A DNA stretch of 40,403 bases from Leptolyngbyaceae cyanobacterium (GTDB taxonomy: Bacteria > Cyanobacteriota > Cyanobacteriia > Phormidesmidales > Phormidesmidaceae), in the NCBI GenBank assembly GCA_050331235.1, contig JBHJHA010000072.1:1-40403 (forward strand), given 5' to 3'. Below are positions 1-9,156 of the stretch, piece after piece. The notes beneath the pieces were generated by a model, which had not been told where the DNA came from, searched no databases, and saw only the letters and a program-made list of their open reading frames with translations. The position numbers and the translations under genes were made by a program. The number at the start of each line of letters is the position of its first letter. Within the stretch, counting starts at the first letter, position 1.

Positions 1-1
1 G

Positions 2-574
2 GGGCTGTTACCCTGGCTGACCTTTAGCAACAGTTGGCTGCAGGCGTCAAACGCCGTTGTGAGTCAGCCCAATTTGGTCAAAAAGGTGGTCTTTCCCCTC
101 GACCTTTTGCCCCTAGTGCCGATCTTTTCTTGCTTTATCGAAAACACCTTTGGGCTAGTCACGCTCATTGCCTTTGTGGCCTTTTTTCAACAAACGCTAC
201 ATCTGACCCTGCTACTCCTGCCACTGGCCTGGTTACCTCTGCTCCTATTATCGATCGGATTAGGCTACGGCGCGGCGAGTTTGACAGTGTTTGTCCGCGA
301 CATCCCGCAAACCTTGACCGTCGCGTTAAATCTCTGGTTTTATGCCACCCCTATTATTTATCCGGCTGACTTAATTCCGACTAATCTGCAACCGTTCATC
401 TATTGGCTCAATCCGCTCGCAGCGATCGCGGAAATGTACCGCGATATGATTTTGGTCGGAGAAATCACTCACTGGGGTGAATGGGCCGCCGCTGTGGCGG
501 TTGCTAGCGGCATTTTTGTCCTGGGGTTGGGCCTCTATCGCAAATTGCAGGGGGCTTTTGCTGATGTTCTTTAG
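2..574 (+). CDS. wzm: ABC-2 type polysaccharide export permease (Wzm/RfbA), 5'-truncated by window edge
   Basis: Frame is open from position 2 (GLLPWLTFSNSWLQASNAVVSQPNLVKKVVFP). Wzm motifs NLVKKVVFP, RDIPQ and WFYATPIIYP...LNP; hydrophobic; directly upstream of wzt. Confidence 0.9.
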   Translation, partial: GLLPWLTFSNSWLQASNAVVSQPNLVKKVVFPLDLLPLVPIFSCFIENTFGLVTLIAFVAFFQQTLHLTLLLLPLAWLPLLLLSIGLGYGAASLTVFVRDIPQTLTVALNLWFYATPIIYPADLIPTNLQPFIYWLNPLAAIAEMYRDMILVGEITHWGEWAAAVAVASGIFVLGLGLYRKLQGAFADVL

Positions 575-728
575 CCGGGGTGGTTCCCGCAGTTCAGTTA
601 GTTCAGTATATGTAGACATTGAGAACCGCCCACCGCTTGCAGCCATCATGGTTTAGCCGCCATGGCTGCTAGGGTCGAATAATAACAATAACTCTGGCGA
701 TTTGTGAGCGACACAATCCAATAAATTA

Positions 729-2105
729 ATGCCTCAAGATTCGATTATTGCTCTGCAGAATATCTCAAAACGCTATAAGCGCTATCATCACCCAGTCGAT
801 CGCTTAAGAGAAGCGCTCTTTTCCCAAACCACCAAAGCAGAGGAATTTTGGGCGCTTAAGGCAATTGATCTAGAGATTTCTCAAGGGGATACGGTCGGTA
901 TTATCGGCCGCAACGGCTCAGGCAAAAGCACGTTGTTGCAAATCATCGCTAGCACCTTAAAGCCAACGACGGGCCAAGTCGATGTTCGGGGACGCGTATC
1001 TGCGCTGTTGGAGCTAGGCAGTGGGTTTAATCCTGAGTTCACGGGGCGGCAAAATGCCTTTTTCAATGGTCGAGTCTTGGGGCTTTCACAGGCAGAAATC
1101 GCCGCTAGATTTGACGACATTGTGGCGTTTGCCGACATTGGTCACTTTATCGATCAGCCGGTCAAAACCTATTCCAGTGGCATGTTTGTACGGCTAGCCT
1201 TTGCCGTCGCAATCAACGTAGATCCTGAAATCCTGATTATTGACGAAGCCTTGTCGGTGGGCGATGAGGCCTTTCAGCGGAAATGCTTTGCCCGTATCCA
1301 CGATATGCAGAAGCAGGGGGTCACGGTTTTATTTGTTTCTCACTCGGCCCGCTCTATCGTGGAGTTGTGTACCCGAGCTGTGTTGATCGATAGCGGCGAA
1401 ATTTTGATTAAAGGGACGCCCAAGCTAGTCGTCGCCCACTATCACCAGCTGGTGTACGCCCCGAGTGAAGCGAGATCGCAGTTAAGAGCCGATTTTCGCC
1501 AGGCCGCGCAGCAGACTCCGGGCTGGCTAGGTGAAACCGAAGATCACGCTCCGGGGCAGTCCCCGACCATCGTCATTGATCCCCAGCATCGCGCCCGAGC
1601 GGAGACCAGCCAGCAATACGATCCTTACCTTGTGCCCCAGCATCGGGTCGATTATCCTTCCCAGGGCGCTAAGATTCAGCAGTTTACTATCAAAACCCTT
1701 GACGACCAGCAGGTCAATATTTTGTGTCGAGGGCAGCGATATCGCTACAGCTATGCGGTCACTTTTTCTCAGGCAGCGGCCCAGGTGTCGTTTGGCATGC
1801 TGATTAAAACCATCTCCGGCGTCGAATTGGGCGGTATGGCCTCACACCCCCTCGAAGCGCCCATCGATTATGTTGCCGCCGACACGATGATCGAGATAGT
1901 CTTTGAGTTTACTTGCTTGTTGCTGCCGGGCACCTATTTTCTCAACGCGGGCGTTTTGAGTCGAGTGGACGGAGAGGCGGTATATTTGGATCGCGTTGTC
2001 GATGCTGCCATGTTTAGGGTGCAGCCGGAGAGTGAGATTCGGGCCACTGGCATTGTTGACTTTCAGATCAAGGCTCACATCAGACAATCTTCACAAGCTT
2101 TATAG
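729..2105 (+). CDS. wzt: Polysaccharide ABC transporter ATP-binding protein with C-terminal Wzt_C carbohydrate-binding domain
   Basis: Walker A GRNGSGKST, signature YSSGM, Walker B ILIIDEALSVGD; ~150-aa beta-rich C-terminal extension typical of Wzt_C. Confidence 0.93.
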   Translation: MPQDSIIALQNISKRYKRYHHPVDRLREALFSQTTKAEEFWALKAIDLEISQGDTVGIIGRNGSGKSTLLQIIASTLKPTTGQVDVRGRVSALLELGSGFNPEFTGRQNAFFNGRVLGLSQAEIAARFDDIVAFADIGHFIDQPVKTYSSGMFVRLAFAVAINVDPEILIIDEALSVGDEAFQRKCFARIHDMQKQGVTVLFVSHSARSIVELCTRAVLIDSGEILIKGTPKLVVAHYHQLVYAPSEARSQLRADFRQAAQQTPGWLGETEDHAPGQSPTIVIDPQHRARAETSQQYDPYLVPQHRVDYPSQGAKIQQFTIKTLDDQQVNILCRGQRYRYSYAVTFSQAAAQVSFGMLIKTISGVELGGMASHPLEAPIDYVAADTMIEIVFEFTCLLLPGTYFLNAGVLSRVDGEAVYLDRVVDAAMFRVQPESEIRATGIVDFQIKAHIRQSSQAL

Positions 2106-2189
2106 CCCTAACCGATAGCTCAGCCGTTGGCTCTTGCTTCCTGAATCGGATCCCCTCGCTCCGCATCTCATCCAATACGCCATTGACCG

Positions 2190-3269
2190 ATGTCCCAGGT
2201 TGAATCCAGTGCCTCAATTCCCATCATTATTGCCGGCATGCACCGTTCAGGCACTTCTTTGACCGCTTCTATCTTGCAGCAGGCAGGGGTTTTCATCGGT
2301 GAGCAACTACTGAAAGCGAATACCGGCAACCGCAAAGGGCATTTTGAGGATGAAGCATTTCTCAGTTTACACAAAGATATTTTGGTCTCCTGTGGAATCA
2401 GCTATGACGGTTGGACGGCACGGGGCCAGGTTGACGTGCCCCAACAGTTTTGGGAACGTGCCCAGGAGCTGTGCGATCGCCGACTTGCAGCTCACACCAT
2501 CTGGGGCTGGAAAGAACCCCGCACCACACTTTTCCTGGATTTTTGGCAGCAGCAGCTTCCCCAGGCTAAATTTGTGTTGCCCTATCGCTCCCCCTGGGAG
2601 GTGGTTGATTCGCTGTTTACCCGGGGCGACCCAGTTTTTGAACACAATCCCAAATTTGCGGCGGAGGTATGGACAGCCTACAACCAGATTATTTTGGCCT
2701 TTTGCCAAGCCTATCCCGACAACTGTTTTCTGTTTCTCTGTGACTGTCTGAAAGTGTACGAACGAAATTTTGTTGATCGGCTGCGGCGCAAACTGGGGTT
2801 ATCGCTACCGCTACCAGAGACGCCCTTGTTTCAACCAGGCGAGATGCATGGCCAAGTCAACAGCACTCACCGGCCCCCCCTACTGGCCAAATATTTTCCG
2901 GAAACCCTGGCGGTATATGAGCAGCTAGAAAATGTAGCAGACATTCCTGGGACAACCCCAGCAGCTAGCCAGATGCTGACAGAGGCACCCGCCTATCGGG
3001 ACTGGGCCTTGCAAGACTGGCTCACCAGCAATCGTCTGCAGGCTGGCATAAAGACGGCCCAAGCTCAATTGGCAAGCACCACAGACGACTTACAATCAGC
3101 CCAAGCCGAGATCCATCATTTGCAGGTAGCGCTAGACCAGGCCAACTCCGAAATCAAGCATTGGCGCCTTACCATCGACGCAATGGAAGCCAACCGGTTT
3201 TGGCAAATGCGCAACGCCTGGGTCAGGCTTAAGGAAACCATTCGCGGGGGTAAGCAAGAAAGCCCGTAA
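2190..3269 (+). CDS. Sulfotransferase-family protein with C-terminal coiled coil
   Basis: PAPS-binding motif IIAGMHRSGTS, GHFED, WGWKEPRT and RSPWEVVDSL; heptad-rich C-terminus ending ANRFWQMRNAWVRLK. Confidence 0.85.
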   Translation: MSQVESSASIPIIIAGMHRSGTSLTASILQQAGVFIGEQLLKANTGNRKGHFEDEAFLSLHKDILVSCGISYDGWTARGQVDVPQQFWERAQELCDRRLAAHTIWGWKEPRTTLFLDFWQQQLPQAKFVLPYRSPWEVVDSLFTRGDPVFEHNPKFAAEVWTAYNQIILAFCQAYPDNCFLFLCDCLKVYERNFVDRLRRKLGLSLPLPETPLFQPGEMHGQVNSTHRPPLLAKYFPETLAVYEQLENVADIPGTTPAASQMLTEAPAYRDWALQDWLTSNRLQAGIKTAQAQLASTTDDLQSAQAEIHHLQVALDQANSEIKHWRLTIDAMEANRFWQMRNAWVRLKETIRGGKQESP

Positions 3270-3534
3270 CCATCGGATTGGGTCATGGTGAATAACTGTT
3301 TGGGCAATTTTCTTGGCTCAGCCCCAGATTTGACAGGTGCCGGGTGCCAGATTCTCGGTATGGTTTGTCAAGTTGGCCGACATTCAAACATTAGTTGAGG
3401 CGGAGGTCCCATATACGGATAGCCCAGTCAGTCGGGGCGATCGCCTAGCCCAGACCTGGCAATCGTCCCACGTTCGCCAACCCCGCGGGTGCTGTTCGGT
3501 CATACGGGGCGCTCTCAATCCAGTCAAGTCCCCA

Positions 3535-4584
3535 TTATTCTCCCGAGGGGAGCTGCGGCGCGATCGCCGCTTCACTGGCCGCCACCGACTTCTGGGGCTT
3601 AGGGGTCAGAGCTGCATTCCACCGCTCATCTAACACGGCTAGCCCAGCCCCCAGCACCTCTGCCAGAGTACTGTTGAGGCGATATAGCGCCACGGCCCCT
3701 AACACGATCGCCGCTGGAAACTTGGGGGTCAACACCGCCAACACCGTCGCCTCAAAGACGCCTAAGCCGCCCGGGGCTCCCGGCACGATGAGGCCCAGCA
3801 GCCAAGCCAAACTAAAAGCGCCCACTAGGGTCCATAGCTCAGCGGGTTTGAGCGCCACCAGCGCCGCAAAACAGAGAATAAACCCCAGCCCTCGAAACAC
3901 AACAAAACCAATCTCGCCAAGCAAAGGCCGCCACGGATAGCGCTGCAGTTTAGGGATCTGACTTGTATCGGGCGACGGATCCGGGAGCGAGTCATCCGTG
4001 TCCTGATGAGAGAATTGGCGGGTCTGCTGGAGCTTCGTCTTTGCTAAGCGGTGCAAGATGGGGTTAAGCACGCGCGGGTGCAATGCCACTAGTACAACCA
4101 CCAAAATCGCCAGCTGAAGGAGCGTTGACGGCAGGCTCACCAGGACCACTGCAAGGGCAGCAACGGCCATTAGCAGCGGCTCTAGCACAACACCAGTAAT
4201 GGCAATGCCGGTAGCGGTACCGTAGTCACGCAGAAATTTGATTCGTCCTACAAAGTGCCACACGTTGCCGGGCAGGTACTTACCCAAGTTAGTTTTGAGA
4301 TAAGTAATGATGGTCCAGGTTTGCGGCACGGGGGCATTGAGCGATCGCATGATGCCATACCAGACCCAGCCAGACCAAATGTGGGCCAGTAAGGTCACGC
4401 CCAACGCCAAGATGAGCTTGGCGATCGCGTAGTGCGAAAACCGCAGCGTTAAAACCTGTTGCCAGTTGACCCGCAGGGTATGCAGGATAAAGCCCAGGGT
4501 CAGCGCCAAAATCACCCAACGCAGGTAGGGCTTTGCCCGCTTGTAGGCAGACTTCAAAGCTGGAGGCAGGGACGGTAGTTTCAT
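3535..4584 (-). CDS. UPF0104 / lysylphosphatidylglycerol-synthase TM-domain (flippase-like) membrane protein
   Basis: Motifs KYLPGNVWHFVGR and PGAPGGLGVFEA; multiple TM helices. Start placed at ATG 4584 (MKLPSL), not 4734. Confidence 0.8.
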   Translation of the reverse strand: MKLPSLPPALKSAYKRAKPYLRWVILALTLGFILHTLRVNWQQVLTLRFSHYAIAKLILALGVTLLAHIWSGWVWYGIMRSLNAPVPQTWTIITYLKTNLGKYLPGNVWHFVGRIKFLRDYGTATGIAITGVVLEPLLMAVAALAVVLVSLPSTLLQLAILVVVLVALHPRVLNPILHRLAKTKLQQTRQFSHQDTDDSLPDPSPDTSQIPKLQRYPWRPLLGEIGFVVFRGLGFILCFAALVALKPAELWTLVGAFSLAWLLGLIVPGAPGGLGVFEATVLAVLTPKFPAAIVLGAVALYRLNSTLAEVLGAGLAVLDERWNAALTPKPQKSVAASEAAIAPQLPSGE

Positions 4585-4755
4585 GGGGCACAATGCAGCA
4601 ACGACGGCAGCGAGTCGACCATCTCTCCTGAGCAATCCGGTAATGGCCATCTCCGCCCAATCAGGTTCAGGATAATCGCAAACTGCATAAATCATGACCC
4701 GTAGACCGATCAGATTTGGCTTTTGCCTCCACAACCCGGTCGTGCAGCGCAGAGA

Positions 4756-5469
4756 TCAGCGGCAGACCATCGGTATGCCCCGGGGCTGGTAGCTACGCCG
4801 CACCCGTCCAGCCCCGCGCAGCTGAGCGTGATAGGTGCGGCTGATAGGGTCTGAAAGCTCAGTGATAGAGTCGATGCCGATGCCGTTGCGCCCCTGGTCG
4901 CGACCAGAGCTGTGGATATATTTGCCGTCACCCAGATACAGCGCCACGTGATTGGGCCGGGCGCCCTGACCAAAAAAGAGCAGATCGCCGGGGACGAGAT
5001 CATCCAAGGCGATCGCGGTCGCAAACGCCTCCTGCTGGTAAGAGTCCCGCGGCAAGCGAATGCCCGAGGCAGCAAAGGCCGTTTGCACTAAGCCAGAGCA
5101 GTCGAAATTGGGACCCACAGTGCCGCCCCAGAGATATTCATTGGGCTGAGCCATTGCCGCCTGGGCAAAAGCGATGATCTCCGGCAGCTTGGCGACAATC
5201 GTCGCCGCGTCGGGGGTAGAAGGCTGATAGGCAGCCTCAGCCACTTGCAAAGCCGATAAATCCGTGACCGGTAACCAACCGGGGTAGTCATCTTCACACA
5301 GGCACACGGCGATCGCCGTCGCATCTGCCGTTGCTGGGGACACAAGTCGGAGCTGTCGCCCCGCCGCCGCCTGGGTGACTAACCCTTGACAATCAGCGGC
5401 CTTAAATAGGTCTAGATCGGTCGTACAGCGATATTGTGGGCCAACCTGCAAATCGGAGAAACGCACCAT
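4756..5469 (-). CDS. NlpC/P60 (C40) cell-wall peptidase with N-terminal SH3-like domain
   Basis: YLWGGTVGPNFDCSGLVQ (catalytic Cys), PGDLLFF, HVALYLGDGKYIHSSG. Confidence 0.92.
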   Translation of the reverse strand: MVRFSDLQVGPQYRCTTDLDLFKAADCQGLVTQAAAGRQLRLVSPATADATAIAVCLCEDDYPGWLPVTDLSALQVAEAAYQPSTPDAATIVAKLPEIIAFAQAAMAQPNEYLWGGTVGPNFDCSGLVQTAFAASGIRLPRDSYQQEAFATAIALDDLVPGDLLFFGQGARPNHVALYLGDGKYIHSSGRDQGRNGIGIDSITELSDPISRTYHAQLRGAGRVRRSYQPRGIPMVCR

Positions 5470-5593
5470 AGCGGAAACTATTCTGTCGAAATCGTTACTT
5501 TAATACATACATGTTGCGGAGATTTAGCGCGATCGCCACCGTCCCGATCAACAATGGAGAATTATAAAAGAGCACTCCCATTTTGTATCGGTC

Positions 5594-6760
5594 ATGACCT
5601 CTACTTTGCCCTTGACCCCTGCCGTTGATACCACCTACCAGCGATCGCTAGAGCCGCTCCAGGTGCCCGAGCGCCTGCTATTGGGGCCTGGCCCTTCTAA
5701 TGCGGAGGCTACCGTCGTCGCCGCGATGAACTGCCAGCCCATCGGCCACCTCGACCCAGCCTACCTGCAAATGATGGACGAGGTGCAGGCCCTCCTGCGC
5801 TATACCTGGCAAACCCAAAACGAACTGACGTATCCTGTGCCGGGGACTGGCTCCGCCGCCATGGAGGCCACCCTGGCGAACGTGATTGAGCCAGGCGATC
5901 GCGTGTTGATTGGCGTCATGGGCTACTTTGGTCACCGCCTCGTTGACATGGCCGGACGCTACGGGGCCGTGGTCAACACGATCCATCAATCCTGGGGGCA
6001 GGTCTTTTCACTAGAGGCCATCAGAGCGGCACTAGAAGAGCACCGACCCGCGGTGCTCGCCCTCGTCCATGCGGAAACTTCCACTGGGGCACGGCAGCCC
6101 ATTGAGGGCATTGGTGCACTCTGTCGCGAGTTTGACTGTCTGCTAATTATCGATACCGTCACTAGCCTGGGGGGCGTCCCCATCTTTTTAGACGAGTGGC
6201 AGGTCGATCTCGCCTATAGCTGTAGCCAAAAGGGCCTCAGTTGCCCGCCAGGAGTTTCCCCTTTCACTATGGGGCCCCGCGCTGTCGCCAAACTGGAGCG
6301 GCGGCAAACGCCAGTAGCCAATTGGTACCTCGATGCTGGCCTATTGCGCAAATATTGGGGCAGCGATCGCGTTTATCACCACACGGCTCCAGTCAACTTG
6401 ACCTTTGCGCTCCGCGAGGCACTCCGCCTCTTAGCCGAGGAGGGGTTAGAGGCGCGCTGGCAGCGGCACCAGGCCACCGCCGAATTTTTCTGGGAGGGGT
6501 TGGCGTCCATTGGCCTGAGCTGCCACGTGGATCAAGCCTATCGACTGCCCACCCTGACGACGGTAAAAGTGCCAGACGGGGTCGACGCCAAAGTCGTGAC
6601 TCGCACCCTCTTGCGGGACTACAACATCGAAATCGGTGGCGGTTTGGGTGAGCTGTCCGGTCAGATATGGCGTGTCGGTCTGATGGGGGCCAATAGCCAC
6701 CGCGATCGCGCCGAAACCCTGCTATCCGCGTTAGACAAGGTAATTCACCAGTCTCGCTAA
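5594..6760 (+). CDS. Alanine/serine-glyoxylate aminotransferase (class V PLP enzyme)
   Basis: LLLGPGPSN, GTGSAAMEA, VHAETSTG, DTVTSLGG, SCSQKGLSCPPG (PLP lysine), YHHTAP. Confidence 0.93.
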   Translation: MTSTLPLTPAVDTTYQRSLEPLQVPERLLLGPGPSNAEATVVAAMNCQPIGHLDPAYLQMMDEVQALLRYTWQTQNELTYPVPGTGSAAMEATLANVIEPGDRVLIGVMGYFGHRLVDMAGRYGAVVNTIHQSWGQVFSLEAIRAALEEHRPAVLALVHAETSTGARQPIEGIGALCREFDCLLIIDTVTSLGGVPIFLDEWQVDLAYSCSQKGLSCPPGVSPFTMGPRAVAKLERRQTPVANWYLDAGLLRKYWGSDRVYHHTAPVNLTFALREALRLLAEEGLEARWQRHQATAEFFWEGLASIGLSCHVDQAYRLPTLTTVKVPDGVDAKVVTRTLLRDYNIEIGGGLGELSGQIWRVGLMGANSHRDRAETLLSALDKVIHQSR

Positions 6761-6858
6761 GTCGTTGCTGCCGCGATCTCAGAAGGGCTGAAACCGTTAC
6801 TTGGCAGCTAGCTCCCAGTGCGATCGCCCACCCATTGCCCCCATGAGACACCTGCACT

Positions 6859-7545
6859 ATGGCCATCACCCTTGATCACATCGTGCCGTGGGGCCGCTCC
6901 TTTGACGAATATGTGGCCATGTTTAACCTCACAGCGCAGGATCTGGCCGGGGCGATTTTGGGCTGTGGCGATGGGCCTGCTGCTTTTAACGCGACCTTGA
7001 CCCAGCGGGGGGGTCGGGTAACCTCCGTTGATCCCCTCTATGCCTTTACGCCCGAGCAGATTCAGGCACGCATTGAGGCCACCTACGACGTCATTTTGGC
7101 GCAGGTGCGGCAGAGCCAAGTCGACTACGTATGGGAGACAATTCCCTCGGTAGAGGCCTTAGGGCAAACCCGCATGCAGGCGATGTCCGACTTTCTCGCT
7201 GATTACACGACAGGCCAAACCTCTGGGCGCTACGTGGTCGGCAGTTTGCCCGATTTACCCTTTGAGTACCAGCCGTTTGATCTGGCACTGGTTTCTCACC
7301 TGCTGTTTTTGTACAGCGATCATCTATCCTGCGACTTTCATTGGCGATCGCTGATCAACTTGCTCCGCTTCGCCCGAGAGGTGAGAGTCTTTCCGCTGTT
7401 AACTCTAGATTGTGTAATCTCGCCTCACCTTGCCACCGTCCAAGCACAACTTACACAGGCAGGCTATCCAGTTACCATCCAGACTGTCGCCTACGAATTT
7501 CAGCGTGGCGGCAATCAAATGCTGGTCTGTCGCCACTCCCCATAG
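6859..7545 (+). CDS. SAM-dependent methyltransferase-like protein
   Basis: ILGCGDGPAAFNA motif-I-like, LPDLPF...FDLALVSHLLFLYS, C-terminal YEFQRGGNQML. Confidence 0.75.
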   Translation: MAITLDHIVPWGRSFDEYVAMFNLTAQDLAGAILGCGDGPAAFNATLTQRGGRVTSVDPLYAFTPEQIQARIEATYDVILAQVRQSQVDYVWETIPSVEALGQTRMQAMSDFLADYTTGQTSGRYVVGSLPDLPFEYQPFDLALVSHLLFLYSDHLSCDFHWRSLINLLRFAREVRVFPLLTLDCVISPHLATVQAQLTQAGYPVTIQTVAYEFQRGGNQMLVCRHSP

Positions 7546-7655
7546 GCTCAGCTGATGGCGTTGTACAGACTTATGCAATCCACCCTATGCCCTATACCTA
7601 TTGCCCTGGCGCAATACGCAATACCCTCTACCGAGCATCCTGCCCCCTCCCCCTC

Positions 7656-9030
7656 CTTACAAGAGTAGGTTTTTCCAATTCATCCAGAACTGAAGATAGG
7701 TGCAGATTCAGGCACCAGTGAAGCAAACTCTGGCAAAAATTGCCCTACAGGCAAAGGTAGGCCCTTCAGTAAGGTCGCTAAAATCACCACCAAACCCCGT
7801 CGGAAACAACTCAAAGAGCGTTTGGGTTGGGCTTCTCTTGCAACCGTCTGAGACGCTTCACTAGTCTGGCTGAGTGTCGTTGCTTCATCTGTTTCAGGTA
7901 CAGGGTGCTCCGATGAGTCAGGTGTGTTCGGCGATGATATCGGGACAGGCAAACTACTGGCGCTCAACTGAGCATCAGCATGTCCGCCAACGCTAACCAA
8001 CCAGATGGTGGCGACGGCAATGGCTAGCCACAGCCGTTCTGCTCGTTGAGGGTCTCGCATCCGCGTCAGATGCCAGTTGAAACCACCGCGCTTGATGTGT
8101 TTGAACAAACACTCAATCCAACTGCGAAGACCATACCAGAGGATGTCAGTTTGCTGGGGGTCGAGGTCGGTCACCACTAACCAAGGGTCACTATAGCCCT
8201 CATCCCATCGGGCTAGTAGCGTACAGGCTAAGGGATTTGTCTTAAAGCAGGTAACTGTCCCAGTCCATGACTGACCCACCTGAGACACCGCAGTTGAGAG
8301 TGGCATGAAACCTGATGTGCCCGCTACTTGATATTGACCTTGGTGATTGATGCGCATGAACGGATGCCAGTTGAGTGCTTGAATCGCCTCATAGAACCAT
8401 TTGGCATACAAACCTCGGTCAGTCGTTAGTAGGACAAACCAGTCATCTGGAACCCCGCGTTCTAGATGAGCTAATAGCTTCAGCCAATGGGGTTGCCAAC
8501 TTCCAGGCGTCGTTGCTGGCAAAATTTTCCAAGCCACCGGAAGACCACAGCCGCGATAGACCACCGCTATCAACAACACCGTCAGGCGGTCACCCAGATT
8601 AGAAGCATCCGCTGCCAGCACTAAGCGCTTCTCTGACGGTGACCACCAACTGAGAATCCACGTTAGCAACGGCACAAAACTTGCACTCACCTCTAACTCC
8701 CTGCGTTTCCGCCCCCGTTTCTGCTCAAGATTCTGGTACCACTCGCGTAGACGCTGGCGAACTGTATTTTCTGGTTGTTCCAGCAGTTCGGCTAGAAACG
8801 CTGACACCGTTGACAACCCGCAACATTGTGTCAGGGCAATGCCCAAACTCCACAGACTCAGCACCGTTGCTTGCGGTTTCGATAGGTGTGGCAGCTTTTG
8901 GGTGACAATCCGAAGCCAATCTTTATAGACCTGTGGACGATGAGTCATGATTCTCTACCGAAACGCACCCATGAAGATGCTTCAGTTTACTTTGCTCACC
9001 TCAGAACCCTTAAAAACCTACCCTTGTAAG
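7656..9030 (-). mobile_element. Complete IS4-family insertion sequence, 1375 bp
   Basis: Terminal inverted repeats CTTACAAGAGTAGGTTTTT (7656-7674) and AAAAACCTACCCTTGTAAG (9012-9030) match at 18/19. Flanking 11-bp direct repeat CCCTCCCCCTC (7645-7655 and 9031-9041). A single transposase ORF fills the element. Confidence 0.93.
7680..8948 (-). CDS. IS4-family DDE transposase
   Basis: LAADAS (D1), TDRGLY (D2), YGLRSWIECLFKHIKRGGF (Y-2-R-3-E-6-K IS4 signature), PWLVVTD. Confidence 0.9.
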   Translation of the reverse strand: MTHRPQVYKDWLRIVTQKLPHLSKPQATVLSLWSLGIALTQCCGLSTVSAFLAELLEQPENTVRQRLREWYQNLEQKRGRKRRELEVSASFVPLLTWILSWWSPSEKRLVLAADASNLGDRLTVLLIAVVYRGCGLPVAWKILPATTPGSWQPHWLKLLAHLERGVPDDWFVLLTTDRGLYAKWFYEAIQALNWHPFMRINHQGQYQVAGTSGFMPLSTAVSQVGQSWTGTVTCFKTNPLACTLLARWDEGYSDPWLVVTDLDPQQTDILWYGLRSWIECLFKHIKRGGFNWHLTRMRDPQRAERLWLAIAVATIWLVSVGGHADAQLSASSLPVPISSPNTPDSSEHPVPETDEATTLSQTSEASQTVAREAQPKRSLSCFRRGLVVILATLLKGLPLPVGQFLPEFASLVPESAPIFSSG

Positions 9031-9156
9031 CCCTCCCCCTCTGCCCCCATCTCCTAAAAGTCTGTGGTGGCTTGCCTGAATACTGCCATAATCTGCCCGT
9101 TGGGGAGGAATAGCGGTTAAGGTGAAATGCAGCCTTGCTAATGATTGCTCATTGAT

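Noticed and set aside
639..670. GCAGCCAT/ATGGCTGC stem between wzm and wzt as a terminator
   Set aside because: Large loop, no U-tract, and it lies inside a probable operon.
7575..7655. Short tandem repeat array (CCCTAT/CAATAC-like)
   Set aside because: Too degenerate to define a repeat unit; noted only as the IS target context.
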